A program made the position numbers and the translations under genes. From contig JARKSN010000212.1 in NCBI GenBank assembly GCA_029974275.1, positions 1-58,241 of the forward strand: DNA of 58,241 bases, written 5' to 3'. The notes beneath the pieces were generated by a model. It saw nothing but the letters and a program-made list of their open reading frames with translations, made no database searches and was not told the DNA's origin. Source of the DNA: Candidatus Hydrogenedentota bacterium (GTDB taxonomy: Bacteria > Hydrogenedentota > Hydrogenedentia > Hydrogenedentales > SLHB01). Shown here in pieces: positions 42,339-52,853 of the stretch (position 1 is its first letter; each line of letters opens with the position of its first letter).

Positions 42339-43454
42339 TCACCCCTCCCCTTGAAGCGCCCGCTGATATCCCGTCCAAGCGGCGCGGGCCATGCCTGCGG
42401 GCGTGAAGCTTTGCGCCCGCAAAGGTCCCGCCGCGCGCAGACGCGCCCGAAGCGCCTCATCGGTCAACACCGCGAAAAGACCGTCGACGATCGCGTCCAG
42501 ATCGGTCGGATCACACAAGAGCGCGGCATCCGCGGCCACTTCCGATATCGCCGGATCGGTCGAACCCAGCACGGGCGTGCCGCACGCCATCGCCTCGAGC
42601 ACGGGCACGCCAAATCCCTCATAGAGCGAAATGTACGCGAAGGCGTCCGCCCCGGACATCAACGCAGGCAGATCGGCGTCGTCGACGTAGCCGGTCACAA
42701 TGACATGGCCATTCGCATTGGTCAACCCGATGTCTTCCAACACGCGCTTATGGAACCACAACGGCTTGCCCGCAAGCACCAACGTGTGCAGCAGTCCGTG
42801 CTTTCGCCGGATTTCCTCAAGGGCCTGCGCCAGACGCACCACATTCTTGCGGGGGTGCAGCGACCCCGCGTAGAGGACATACGGTCCCGGAATGTTGTAA
42901 CGCCGCCTTGTCCGCGCAAGGCGATCCGGATCGGTCACGGGCGCAAAACGCGGATCAAGCGAGTTGTGCACCACGTCAATCTTTTCGGGCGGAACGTCGC
43001 ACAACTCGGACGCTTCGCGCTTCATGGCGTCGCTCACCGTGAACACGCGCGCGGCCCGGCGCAACGTGCCAGGAACAAGCCACTCGAGACGAGTCCGATC
43101 GATGGCGCGCAGCGTATCCGGATAGCGCAGCCACACCAGGTCGTGCAGCGTCACGACAAAAGGACACGCACAACGCGGAGGCGCAATATACTGGACATGC
43201 AGCAAGTCCGCTTGGGTCTCGCGAACGGCGCGCGGCAACGCATACGGCACGCGCAGCCAGGAAGAATCGCACGCAAGCCGGTGAACCGGAAATCCGCTTG
43301 TCGCCTCGTACGGAAGACCGGTCGTTCGCTGGATAAGCGCCACGATATCGGCCTCGGGGGCGACCTCGCGCAGCCCCAACAACAATTGCCGCACGAACGT
43401 TTCGTTGCCCCCCGCGCGCGTGCCAAGCGCATGAGCGTCTATGGCGATTCGCAT
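42339..43454 (-). CDS. Glycosyltransferase family 4 (mannosyltransferase-like)
   Basis: MRIAIDA, TLHD, PRKN and YEGFGVPVLEAMACG. Confidence 0.93.
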   Translation of the reverse strand: MRIAIDAHALGTRAGGNETFVRQLLLGLREVAPEADIVALIQRTTGLPYEATSGFPVHRLACDSSWLRVPYALPRAVRETQADLLHVQYIAPPRCACPFVVTLHDLVWLRYPDTLRAIDRTRLEWLVPGTLRRAARVFTVSDAMKREASELCDVPPEKIDVVHNSLDPRFAPVTDPDRLARTRRRYNIPGPYVLYAGSLHPRKNVVRLAQALEEIRRKHGLLHTLVLAGKPLWFHKRVLEDIGLTNANGHVIVTGYVDDADLPALMSGADAFAYISLYEGFGVPVLEAMACGTPVLGSTDPAISEVAADAALLCDPTDLDAIVDGLFAVLTDEALRARLRAAGPLRAQSFTPAGMARAAWTGYQRALQGEG

Positions 43455-43599
43455 ACAACCTCCGCGACGGGACGTGAAAACGCCCCTTCTACAACCCACC
43501 TATCCCGCAACGCCCGAACAGGACGTCACGGATGCGCTCGCGTCTTTGCATCGCGCACAGGAACAATCCGAACCCTTGCCGCCCTTCTGCTCGAAAACG

Positions 43600-44760
43600 C
43601 TACGGGGCGTTCCCCCAAGCTTCCAACGCCTCCTCATAAATCGCCGCGACTTCCGCGATCATGCGATCGATCCGAAATTTACGCGCCGCCAATGCACGTC
43701 CCGCTTCGCCCATGGCGCGGCGTCGTTCCGGATCGGCGAGCAACGCCGCCAACGCGCCGCGCAACGCACGGACATCCCGCCTCGGAACAAGAAGGCCGGT
43801 TCTGCCTTCTTCGAGCGATTCCGAGACGCCGCCCACGTTGCTCGCGATGACCGGCACGCCGAGAGCCTGCGCTTCAAGGATGGAGGTGGGAAGACCCTCA
43901 TCCAAAATCGACGGCTGCACAAACACATCCATCGCCCGCAACGCGCCCGGCAAGTCCTCGTAATAACCGGTGAACAAAACGCGGTCCTTCAACCCGCAAC
44001 GCGCCGCGCGCCGCCGCAACTCGTCCAGCAAAGGCCCTGAACCAACCACCAACAAACGCAGACTGGGCCAGGCATCGATCAACCCATGCACGGCATCAAA
44101 CAGGAACCTGTGCCCTTTCTCAACATACACGCGTCCCACGGTTCCCGCGACCAGCGCATCCGCCGGAATGCCAAGCCGCGCGCGCGTCTCCTCGCGCGAC
44201 GCGCCAGCCCGCAACGCCGCTTCATCGACGCCGGTATACACGACGCGCACGCGATCTTCCGGCGTGCGGCCCTGCAGCGCCCGCCGCCGCATGTCTTCCG
44301 ACACCGTGATGACCCGCTCAAAACGCGGCAACGCAATGCGCTTTTCGAGGAACACGTACGCGTGACTGCGCAACGGCAACCACCGTCGCCACCAGCCGTA
44401 GGCGCTCGCCACGCACGCGCAAGGCATCTCGTCACGGCCCAAGCCAATCAACACGTTGGATTGGTCATCGTGCGTATGCACCAGATCGACGCGGTGCTTC
44501 TCAACCAACGCCCGCACCGCATGCCGCGCGCGCCGCGCATCGAAACGACTGTGCCAAGGAATCCGCTCGTCAAGCACGGACAACCCTTCCTTTTGCAACG
44601 CGCGCACGAGAAGCTCGTCCATGCCCGAAGGCGTTTCATACACGACACACAAAATGCGGAAACGGTCGCGCGGAAGACGCTTCATCAATGACATCAGGAT
44701 GGTGTGGCCGCCGCCAAGGGCCCAGGTTCGAATGACATAGAGCACGGTTCGGACAGGCAC
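43600..44760 (-). CDS. Glycosyltransferase family 4
   Basis: VGR..EKG, EGLPTSILEA and NVGG. Confidence 0.93.
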   Translation of the reverse strand: MPVRTVLYVIRTWALGGGHTILMSLMKRLPRDRFRILCVVYETPSGMDELLVRALQKEGLSVLDERIPWHSRFDARRARHAVRALVEKHRVDLVHTHDDQSNVLIGLGRDEMPCACVASAYGWWRRWLPLRSHAYVFLEKRIALPRFERVITVSEDMRRRALQGRTPEDRVRVVYTGVDEAALRAGASREETRARLGIPADALVAGTVGRVYVEKGHRFLFDAVHGLIDAWPSLRLLVVGSGPLLDELRRRAARCGLKDRVLFTGYYEDLPGALRAMDVFVQPSILDEGLPTSILEAQALGVPVIASNVGGVSESLEEGRTGLLVPRRDVRALRGALAALLADPERRRAMGEAGRALAARKFRIDRMIAEVAAIYEEALEAWGNAP

Positions 44761-44772
44761 GGACGCCTCCGG

Positions 44773-46275
44773 TCACTCGCCGTCGGAGGAAACGGCGGAA
44801 GATCGATCAGCCAAATCCTCGTGGCGCATGGCAATGACCGTGGCCACCGCGGCAATCATCCACCATATCTTCTGCTGCAACGCATGGAGGAAAATTCCCG
44901 CGCACAAAAACGTCAACATGCTGACGCCGAGAACGGCCGTCATGCGCGCAAGACGATCCTCTCCGCGCGCCTCGAAGTCCTGTCGCGCCCTCCGTAAACG
45001 ACGCAGCAGCGCCCCAAAAAAGAGCAGTATCAACGCAAGCCCCACCAACCCCGTATCGCACGCGAGTTGCAAATATAAGTTATGCGCGCCCAAAAACACG
45101 GGGTTCCAGTTCTGATCCTCGACAAGCCATCGCATGATATACGCCACTTGGCTGGTTTTTTCGATGATGTGCGTGCCGAATCCGCCGAGTCCCACGCCCC
45201 AGACAGGACTTTCCGTCATGATGTCGAATGCGGCCTCCTGCAACTCAAGACGGTGCGAAACAGAGTCGCTGCGCGAGTACTGCGTGAACGTCAGCACACG
45301 CTCCTTGTAAGGGCCGGGCAACAGAAACCAGGACAAAAACACGACCATCGCAAGCGCCGTCGCGCGACGCGGCCCAACGTGAATCAGCCGACGAAAAAGC
45401 AGCAGCGCCGCCGCCACGAAACCAATCAAAAAGCCCGTGCGCGTGAACGTCAATACAAGCGCGATCAACTCGCACCCCGCTGTCAACAACACCGCCCCCT
45501 GCATCCGTCTTGTCCGGGCCGTCCCAAACCAATACGCATTCAGCGGCAACAACACGAGCAACGCCATCGCAAGCCAGTTCGAATGCCCCGCGCGCCCGCT
45601 CACGCGCACCGCCGCTCCCCCTGAAAGGCTGTCCGGATCGATATACGCGCCCTCCGCGCCCGCGCCCAGGCTTTGCACGGCGGTCGCAACATCGAGCTGC
45701 AAAGCAGGAATGAAATACTGCGCGATCGCGAAAAGCGACATCAAAAGCCCGCACACGCACAACAACACGAGGTAGCGGTGGAGCGTCGCGGGCGAGTCGA
45801 GAAGCTGCACGGAAAGAGCGAAAAACGCAACCAAAGTCGCAAGACGCACCCATTCCGGCCACTGTTGCTGATAATAAGACGAAGCGAACACGCCAACGCC
45901 CGCCCACGCGAAAAACGCCGCAAGAATGATCATTTCCTTGCCGACATGAACGCGCTGCCGCCGAACCAGCACGTTGCCCGCCCACGCGACCAGCAACGCC
46001 GCGCCGGACACTTTCGCCAAGGTAAGCGGCACGGCGACCCGCAACGCGCCGAGAACGCCCGCCGATCCCGACAAAAGCAGCAAGACCGTCGTGACATACA
46101 AGCCGACGGCCGGGTAACGCGCGTAAAGCGCAAACGCCAGCACGCCCGCAAGCGCCATCACGGCGTACCCGCCGCTCGCGAAAATCGCGACGCCCAACAC
46201 AGCGCCCAACGCCAACGCTCCCAAAAGAGACCATGCGCTTTCCTGCGTTCGGTCCGTGCGGATCAATGTCGTCAC
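44773..46275 (-). CDS. O-antigen ligase/polymerase (Wzy_C) family membrane protein
   Basis: Multi-TM; RVSG..GHSN, TFTRTG, WGVGLGGF and AHNLYLQ. Confidence 0.88.
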   Translation of the reverse strand: MTTLIRTDRTQESAWSLLGALALGAVLGVAIFASGGYAVMALAGVLAFALYARYPAVGLYVTTVLLLLSGSAGVLGALRVAVPLTLAKVSGAALLVAWAGNVLVRRQRVHVGKEMIILAAFFAWAGVGVFASSYYQQQWPEWVRLATLVAFFALSVQLLDSPATLHRYLVLLCVCGLLMSLFAIAQYFIPALQLDVATAVQSLGAGAEGAYIDPDSLSGGAAVRVSGRAGHSNWLAMALLVLLPLNAYWFGTARTRRMQGAVLLTAGCELIALVLTFTRTGFLIGFVAAALLLFRRLIHVGPRRATALAMVVFLSWFLLPGPYKERVLTFTQYSRSDSVSHRLELQEAAFDIMTESPVWGVGLGGFGTHIIEKTSQVAYIMRWLVEDQNWNPVFLGAHNLYLQLACDTGLVGLALILLFFGALLRRLRRARQDFEARGEDRLARMTAVLGVSMLTFLCAGIFLHALQQKIWWMIAAVATVIAMRHEDLADRSSAVSSDGE

Positions 46276-47612
46276 GGCGCGGCGCTCCTTTCAAACATCC
46301 CCTCCGCCGCGCACAACCGATCAATCTCGCGATGCGCGGCGAGATACGTCCCCACCGCTATTGTAGCTTTTACGATCGCCACGGTCCACGCCATGCCCAA
46401 GGCCCCGTACCGCGGCGCCACGTAAAGCCCGGCCACCGTCAACGCAACCAGCTTGACGCCCTCCAACATGGCAATCGCGCGCGCGCGCCCCAAGCCGTAA
46501 AGCGCCGCCCCCGACGGAGCCCCAATCAACGAGGCCAACGCCGCCGCCAACAAAACGGCAAACAGCGTCCCCGTCTCCGCGTACGCGGGCCCAAACGTCA
46601 GGCGCGCAACGGGGCCCGCCGCCGCGATTCCCGGCAACAACGCGACGCACGCCGCCGCGGCCGGCATCCGGAAACGCCGCAAAAACGCGCGCATGACCGC
46701 CGGCGCCGCAATTGCGCTCGCCGTCGGCAACAGCACGTTGAACAAGGACATCACCGCGAGGTCGCCGATCTGCGCCAGACTCGTCGCCGCGCCGTAATGA
46801 CCGATCGTCTCCTTCGGAACGCGAAACGCCGCCAACAAAAAAAGGTCGACGCGCTGAGCAAGAGTCGTGAAACACGCCGCCGCAATCACCCATCGCGCAA
46901 ACAAAAAGAAATCGCGTCCCATCGCAGCGCGCGGACGTTCCAAACGCACATAGTCGCGCGGCAAAAATGACCATGCGATCGCGCCCATGATCAGCGCCGA
47001 AGCCGCATACGCCCACAACAGCGAAACAATCCCCGCCCGCGCGGTAAACAACAACGCGACAATGATTCCCAACCGCAGAGCCGTGCCCGAAAACTCGAAG
47101 GCCGCATACGCCCCAAACCGCCGATGCGCCTGAAAATAGCTCTGCGCAAAGCACCAAAGCGTCAAAAACGAAGCGCCCAAAAACGCAACGAACACGCCAT
47201 GCGGCGAATACGCCGCCCCGCCGTCGCGTCCCGAAAGCGCCCCCGCGATGGGACGCGCGCCCACAAAACCGATCGCGACGATAAGTGCCGCCGCCGCGAT
47301 CTTGACCAGCAACAGGAACCTGAAATAGGGTGCGGCTCCGTCGTGCTCCGGCGTAAGGCGCCGCGCCGCAAACCGGACCAGACTCGCGTCGAGCGCAGGC
47401 CCCAGCAACCCCGCCGCCACGCCCGACACCGCCAACAACACAGCCAACTGCCCAAAATCGCCCGGCCCCAGCGCACGCGCCATCAGCACCGTGCCCAAAA
47501 AACCCATCCCTGCCGTCGCGATCCGCGCCGCAAACACGCCGCCAAACGCCGCCAGCCACGCATGACCTCGCGCGGACGTGGCTCCCAGATTCTGCTGTGC
47601 TTGCGTCTCCAC
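46272..47612 (-). CDS. Oligosaccharide flippase (Wzx-like)
   Basis: Many TM helices; ARALGPGDFG, D..LL, IGHYGAA and PRYGALG.A. Confidence 0.85.
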   Translation of the reverse strand: METQAQQNLGATSARGHAWLAAFGGVFAARIATAGMGFLGTVLMARALGPGDFGQLAVLLAVSGVAAGLLGPALDASLVRFAARRLTPEHDGAAPYFRFLLLVKIAAAALIVAIGFVGARPIAGALSGRDGGAAYSPHGVFVAFLGASFLTLWCFAQSYFQAHRRFGAYAAFEFSGTALRLGIIVALLFTARAGIVSLLWAYAASALIMGAIAWSFLPRDYVRLERPRAAMGRDFFLFARWVIAAACFTTLAQRVDLFLLAAFRVPKETIGHYGAATSLAQIGDLAVMSLFNVLLPTASAIAAPAVMRAFLRRFRMPAAAACVALLPGIAAAGPVARLTFGPAYAETGTLFAVLLAAALASLIGAPSGAALYGLGRARAIAMLEGVKLVALTVAGLYVAPRYGALGMAWTVAIVKATIAVGTYLAAHREIDRLCAAEGMFERSAAP

Positions 47613-47724
47613 ACAACTCCTGCCGCGTCGCGACGCCGCGAATCCCAGACCGACCTTGAAACGCCCGCCGTTTTCCAGAAGAAGGACGCCCCCCCGTTTC
47701 GGCGGCTCCCGCGCAAAATGCGCA

Positions 47725-47755
47725 AGGGGCGGACTCGCGCCGCGGTTCCGCCCCT
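47725..47755 (-). terminator. GC-rich hairpin downstream of the gspF/pilC gene
   Basis: AGGGGCGGA...TCCGCCCCT 9-bp inverted repeat; weak U-tract. Confidence 0.4.
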
Positions 47756-47782
47756 AGCTAGAATGCGATTCCGGCGAATCGG

Positions 47783-48994
47783 CTAGATGCCGCCGGCGCC
47801 TGTGTTCAGTTTCTCGATCATATCGACCATCGGCACGAACAACGCCAGCGCCAACAGACCGACCAAAATACCGACGATCACGGTGATGATGGGCTGCAGC
47901 GACTCGCCCATGGCGGCAATGGCAATATCGACCTCCTGTTCGTGCGTGTCGGCGAGCCGCTCGGCTATCTCGTCCAACGAACCGCTCTCCTCGCCCGTCA
48001 CCAACATGTCCGTCACAATAGGCGGCATCACGTCTGGCGCATCCCGCAAAGGCGCTTCCATGCCTTGCCCCTGCTCCACGGAATCCCGCACGTTCTGAAT
48101 GGTGTTCGCCATCGCGTGGTTGTGCACGGAACTTCGCACTAGGTCAAGCGTGACCATCATCGACAAACCGCTCCGCAACAACATCGCGAACGAACGCAAG
48201 AACTCGGCCACCGCATAGTTCCGCAACACCGGCCCCACGACCGGCAGTCGCAGCTTGAGACGGTCGGCCCGAAGACGCGCCAGCGGATTGCGCACCCACA
48301 GCTTATACAACACGATAATCCCTACGATAGCGGCCAGCATCAGCCACCACCACGCGCCAAAGAAATGGGCCGTGCCAATAAACGCCCGTGAAAAGGCCGG
48401 CAACTGCACCCCCAGCTTCGAAAAAAGATCCTCGAACTGCGGCACCACCACCTGGGTGATCAGGGTTATCACCGCGCAACACACCACGATCAACACGACC
48501 GGATAGATCATCGCCGCCTGGACGCGCTTGCGCAACAAGTCGCGCGCCTCGCGATAATCGACCAAGCGCCGCAGAACCGTCACCAAAGTGCCGCTCGCCT
48601 CGCTCGCCTTTATCAGGTTCACGAACACAGGCGTGAAATAGCGCGGGTGCCTCTCAAACGCTTGCCACAACGGATTGCCGCTCTCGACAAACTGGCAAAT
48701 ATCGCCCACCAGCCCCCGCACGCCGGCCGTTTGGCCGCGCTCGGCAAGGGTCTGCAACGATTTCAGCAGCGGCGTGCCAGCTTCAAGCATCATGATGAGT
48801 TGACGCAAAAACGCCGTGATGTCCCGGCTGCGAACGCCGCTCGGCGAAAACAGCCCCCCTTTGGAACGCAGCGCCGAGAACGAAGCCTGTCCCGCTTCAT
48901 TCATGGCGCCTGCCGTTGTTTGCACGGCGCTCTTCTTGCTGGTGCGCCGGACTCGCTTAATCCTTCCGGTCGGCTCGTCGGCGTTGCTGGCCAT
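47783..48994 (-). CDS. Type II secretion/type IV pilus platform protein (GspF/PilC)
   Basis: FLRQL..MLEAG, ASEASGTL, AMIYP, VVPQF and TGEESGSLDE. Confidence 0.93.
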   Translation of the reverse strand: MASNADEPTGRIKRVRRTSKKSAVQTTAGAMNEAGQASFSALRSKGGLFSPSGVRSRDITAFLRQLIMMLEAGTPLLKSLQTLAERGQTAGVRGLVGDICQFVESGNPLWQAFERHPRYFTPVFVNLIKASEASGTLVTVLRRLVDYREARDLLRKRVQAAMIYPVVLIVVCCAVITLITQVVVPQFEDLFSKLGVQLPAFSRAFIGTAHFFGAWWWLMLAAIVGIIVLYKLWVRNPLARLRADRLKLRLPVVGPVLRNYAVAEFLRSFAMLLRSGLSMMVTLDLVRSSVHNHAMANTIQNVRDSVEQGQGMEAPLRDAPDVMPPIVTDMLVTGEESGSLDEIAERLADTHEQEVDIAIAAMGESLQPIITVIVGILVGLLALALFVPMVDMIEKLNTGAGGI

Positions 48995-49066
48995 GGTATC
49001 AATTCCTCCCTATGCGCTTATGCCACGAAAATACCCGCCCGGGGCAACCTACCGCCCGAACGTTCT

Positions 49067-50071
49067 CTATGCGCCGTCCTGCGACGTCTGCGCCGCGGAC
49101 ATCGCGGCTCCGCCTTCCTGCCAATAACGAATCTCCGGAACGCCGTTGTCATGAAACAACACCACGGCTTCGATCCGGCTCTTTCCTCCCGCCGCTTCTT
49201 TCCTGCCGCCGCTTTTGGCGCCCAACTCCGCCTCGGACACGATGCGATAACAACGCGACTGGAACGTGAACGCGGCGGGCAACTCCTCCGGCGTGGCCGG
49301 ATCCGGCGCGATGTTGAATGTGGCGGGATCGGTCCCTGTCGCCGCCGCAACGTCCGCAAGCGTTCGGAAGGGACGCTTTGCCGCCACCGCCGCAGCAGCC
49401 GGCTTGCTAATGTTCAACACGGCGGACAAAACTTCGGGGCTCGCGGTGTTGAGGTTGATATACCGGGCCGGAGCCAGCGGATTGCTCACCGTATACACCG
49501 TCACCAAATTGCGGTCCACCTTCTCATATACGCTCTGATCTATCAGCTTACGCGCCACAAGATCATCCAGACTCGTCAACCACGCTCCCTGCGCATTGGG
49601 CTGATCCGATTCGCCCGGCATGCGCGGCAGCCCCGCGCGAATGGCGCGCGCCGCGCTTGCATTCACCCCCAACAACGCCTCCAATATCCGCGTCGGCGCA
49701 TGGTTGAGATTGACTTTCGCGCACTCGTCCGTCACCGTCACGGCAACGCGGCTTTCCCGTCGATCATCCGCCACAACGCCTGCAGACGGGTCTTTGCCAG
49801 AAACATACGACGGCACGGCAACCGTAAACGCGTCCTGCGGCGACGTGTTGGCCTTGAGAGCCGCCGCCATCCGGCCCACGGCCGCATGAACGCCCGCCTG
49901 CGCCGCCATCCGGGCCCGCGCCTGCGCCAATTCCTTCACGGCCGCGTCCCGGTCCAGCATCGCATAGCGCAAATACGCCGTCCCCAACAAAGAGAACAAA
50001 AACAACAGCGCCAGCGCCAAAAACAACGCCACGCCCGCATTGGTACGCGTTATGTCCGGTTTTCGCGCCAT
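49067..50071 (-). CDS. GspK-like minor pseudopilin
   Basis: AG|VALFLAL N-terminus, DECAKVNLN, INLNTAS..VL and KRPF. Confidence 0.8.
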   Translation of the reverse strand: MARKPDITRTNAGVALFLALALLFLFSLLGTAYLRYAMLDRDAAVKELAQARARMAAQAGVHAAVGRMAAALKANTSPQDAFTVAVPSYVSGKDPSAGVVADDRRESRVAVTVTDECAKVNLNHAPTRILEALLGVNASAARAIRAGLPRMPGESDQPNAQGAWLTSLDDLVARKLIDQSVYEKVDRNLVTVYTVSNPLAPARYINLNTASPEVLSAVLNISKPAAAAVAAKRPFRTLADVAAATGTDPATFNIAPDPATPEELPAAFTFQSRCYRIVSEAELGAKSGGRKEAAGGKSRIEAVVLFHDNGVPEIRYWQEGGAAMSAAQTSQDGA

Positions 50072-50080
50072 GGCTCGCCC

Positions 50081-50710
50081 CTACCCGCTCACGGGAATGC
50101 GGAAGACCGCCTTGCGCGAGATCGACGCGCCCGGACGCGCGGGATCGGCTATCGCCACCGACACCCGAATCGCCGCCGGAAGCGTGGCCTGATTCCACTC
50201 CGCCATCCACTGGCCAGAACCCGTTCGCGCAAGATACTCCACCTTGAATTGCGTCACATTCTCGGCAACCATCGTCGGTCCGCCCACAGGCGCTTGCTGT
50301 CCTATCGGACCGCTATAAAGCTTCAGCGCGCCGCCGGTCTCCGAGGCGCGCTCGACGGCATACCGCACCTCGGCCGTCGTCGCAGGCCCGTTTGGCCCCG
50401 TCAACAATTGCACCGGCAACATCACCTGATCATCGGCCAAGCGCCGTGAATTCCCCGCCACCGTAGCGCTCACGCCTCGAACCGAAACGCCCGACAACGC
50501 AGGAGACAGCACGCACCCCACATCCTGACGCACCTGGTCCATCACATACCGGGCGGTTGCGTCAATCTCCGCGTCTCGCACCGCGCCGCGCCACAAATCC
50601 GTCATTTTCGAGAACATCACCGCCCCCATCGTCGTCACCGCGCTCATCAGCCCGATGACGATGATAAGCTCCAGCAGCGTAAACCCCCTTGGACGGCGCT
50701 CGCACATCAT
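50081..50710 (-). CDS. Prepilin-type protein (GspJ-like)
   Basis: RG|FTLLEL class III signal and C-terminal W..EW...LPAAIRV. Confidence 0.85.
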   Translation of the reverse strand: MMCERRPRGFTLLELIIVIGLMSAVTTMGAVMFSKMTDLWRGAVRDAEIDATARYVMDQVRQDVGCVLSPALSGVSVRGVSATVAGNSRRLADDQVMLPVQLLTGPNGPATTAEVRYAVERASETGGALKLYSGPIGQQAPVGGPTMVAENVTQFKVEYLARTGSGQWMAEWNQATLPAAIRVSVAIADPARPGASISRKAVFRIPVSG

Positions 50711-51240
50711 AACCGCCCCTCCGCCGCAAAACGCGGAATGCCCGACGTCAACGTCACACAACGAGGCTTGCCCTCCTGCATCCACCGCACCGCCACCGTA
50801 ACCTCAACGAGATCCGGCTCCTCGACCGTGGTGCGCGCAAAAGCCTCCCACGTGAACTTCTTGAAAAATGCCGCCTCCCGCACATCCGGAGGCAGCTGAT
50901 CGTTCACCGTTCCCGGAATCTCCGCCGGCTGTGGCTGCCGCGGGTCCTTGGCCCCCTTCAACGACACAGGGGCCAACTCTCCCGCGGGAACTTTGAACAC
51001 GGAATCCCACACAAATGCAGACGGCGAGGAAACCAGCACGGCAAGCTGTTCTTCCGCGATGGCCGCCGCCGTGGAATCGCTGCGATTCGAACGGCACACG
51101 CCCACGCTTGCAAAGTACAACGACACGCCTATCGTCACGGCCATCCCCAACACGGCCAACGCAACCAACAACTCGATAAGCGTAAATCCGGCGCGTTCCC
51201 TCCCCGGGAACCCATGAGGCCACTTCGGTGGTTGTAACAC
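50707..51240 (-). CDS. Prepilin-type protein (GspI/PilV-like)
   Basis: AG|FTLIELLVALAVL and VTVAVRW; GTG 51240 follows GGGGAG. Confidence 0.85.
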   Translation of the reverse strand: MLQPPKWPHGFPGRERAGFTLIELLVALAVLGMAVTIGVSLYFASVGVCRSNRSDSTAAAIAEEQLAVLVSSPSAFVWDSVFKVPAGELAPVSLKGAKDPRQPQPAEIPGTVNDQLPPDVREAAFFKKFTWEAFARTTVEEPDLVEVTVAVRWMQEGKPRCVTLTSGIPRFAAEGRL

Positions 51241-51345
51241 GCAGTCTCTCCCCTTCCACTGGTCAACTCGAGACACGGACGCCGCCGCCCACTGACCTGC
51301 TCGCGGCCACGTCGGAAGCGCGGCCCTTCTCTGCGCATCGACACT

Positions 51346-51375
51346 ATCGTAATCCGAATCTTGCCCCTTTGTCAA
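51346..51375 (-). promoter_or_regulatory. Putative sigma-70 promoter of the pseudopilin operon
   Basis: Minus strand TTGACA-N18-TACGAT. Confidence 0.55.
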
Positions 51376-51476
51376 CTATTTTCTTTGCGACGCGCTCCCA
51401 GGGCATCGCTTCTCTTTCTCGCCGCGTTTTGCGCCAATTTCATGCGTCCGCGCAAGGCCAACGTCCATTGACGCGT

Positions 51477-51902
51477 TCATTTCGCCAAGCGATAGTACAA
51501 TCCTGCGACTTGCCCCGACGGCCCGACCGTGACTTGGAGGTCGCGTTTGCCGCGTTCGAACTCGCACGTGACGAACACCACGTCGAACCCCTGGATTTTC
51601 TCGTGTCGAATGCCCGCCTGCTTCTGAAACGCGCCGACTTCCTTGAGAAGCCCTTGCCACACTTCCGCCAACTTCGCCTCGGGCAACGCCGCTCGCATGC
51701 GTTCATCAAAGCGGCCATATGCGGCGGCAAAATCATTCTGCGTCAGGGCCGTCGCCACGTCCTGGCCAATTGCGATCACATTCGCATCCACCGTCTCCGA
51801 CGTTGCAGACGGAGCCGGACCCTGCTTCCCCGCGTACATGAGAAGCGGCGCGATGGCGATCACCGCAAGCACAACGACGATGACTACAAGTTTCTTGTCC
51901 AT
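51477..51902 (-). CDS. DUF3887-like exported protein
   Basis: N-terminal hydrophobic anchor; FDERMRAALP..KL..VW..L...G.F, FER and VAGL. Confidence 0.75.
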   Translation of the reverse strand: MDKKLVVIVVVLAVIAIAPLLMYAGKQGPAPSATSETVDANVIAIGQDVATALTQNDFAAAYGRFDERMRAALPEAKLAEVWQGLLKEVGAFQKQAGIRHEKIQGFDVVFVTCEFERGKRDLQVTVGPSGQVAGLYYRLAK

Positions 51903-51915
51903 GTTGTCTCCTTCC

Positions 51916-52542
51916 TCAGAACCCTCTCGCGTACGCAAACAACGCAACGATGATCGCTTTGCTGATGACCTCTCCGAGGAACAGCGCCGCGATGAACGTT
52001 CCAATCGCTCTGCCGCCGCCGACATTGCACGACACGGCAAATGCTCGGTACATCAGCAACACCATCCAGACCATTGCCAAGACGATGCCCAGCATGGCCA
52101 CGGCAAACCCGGCCACGTCGCCTAAATGCAGAGAGTGGTCCATCGCCAGGAGACGAAAGGTCTGTTCCTGAAATCCAGGCAGCATGACCAAAAACGGCAT
52201 CGCGAGCGCTGGCGTGCGCGCAAGGGCCTGCGTGCCGAAGACGTCAATGGCGCGAATGCGGCTCGAGGAAATGAGACGTCCCGCAACGTACAGCAACGCG
52301 CCCATCACGAACCAGTTCACGAGTCCCTCGGCCACATAAAACCAGATTGGCGTGGCCGCGCCCGCATGGAAATCGAGCACGCCGTCGAAATGCGACTGCG
52401 TCAGCGCCCCATTCAGACTCGCGACAAGGATAATGGGAAGACCCGCCGCCAGCGAGACGCCCCCCGCCACGTAACGAAAAGGATGGAACAGCCACGTTCC
52501 CCAAAAACGCGAAGAGGCCGCCGAGTTCGCCGTCATGGCCAT
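51916..52542 (-). CDS. Hypothetical multi-pass membrane protein
   Basis: About five hydrophobic segments; LFHPFRY.AG and HFDGVLDFH; lies between the DUF2089 and DUF3887 genes. Confidence 0.75.
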   Translation of the reverse strand: MAMTANSAASSRFWGTWLFHPFRYVAGGVSLAAGLPIILVASLNGALTQSHFDGVLDFHAGAATPIWFYVAEGLVNWFVMGALLYVAGRLISSSRIRAIDVFGTQALARTPALAMPFLVMLPGFQEQTFRLLAMDHSLHLGDVAGFAVAMLGIVLAMVWMVLLMYRAFAVSCNVGGGRAIGTFIAALFLGEVISKAIIVALFAYARGF

Positions 52543-52841
52543 CCTCCCTCACGCAAAACGCCCGATCCGCCCACGTCCAATTCGCGGAGACGCGCGATAA
52601 GAGCATCCAGCCGATTGCGCACAGTGGGATACGAAACGCCATACACCGCGGCAAGCTCCTTCAGGCTTCCGCTGCACGTGACCAGATGCTGCACAAAAAG
52701 CTGGTCCTCCTCACTCAAACGCGCCAACGCAGAAAGCCCAAACTCCCCCTCGACCGCCGTCATGCAAGCATGACATCGCAGCCGCGTCACACAGAGTCCC
52801 TCTCCGCAACTCGGACACTCACTTGGCAAACGCTTACCCAT
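52533..52841 (-). CDS. DUF2089 family zinc-ribbon/HTH protein
   Basis: CPSC...CHAC.T.VEGEF and GSLKELA..YGVSYPTVRNRLD. Confidence 0.88.
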   Translation of the reverse strand: MGKRLPSECPSCGEGLCVTRLRCHACMTAVEGEFGLSALARLSEEDQLFVQHLVTCSGSLKELAAVYGVSYPTVRNRLDALIARLRELDVGGSGVLREGGWP

Positions 52842-52853
52842 ATCCTACGCCCC

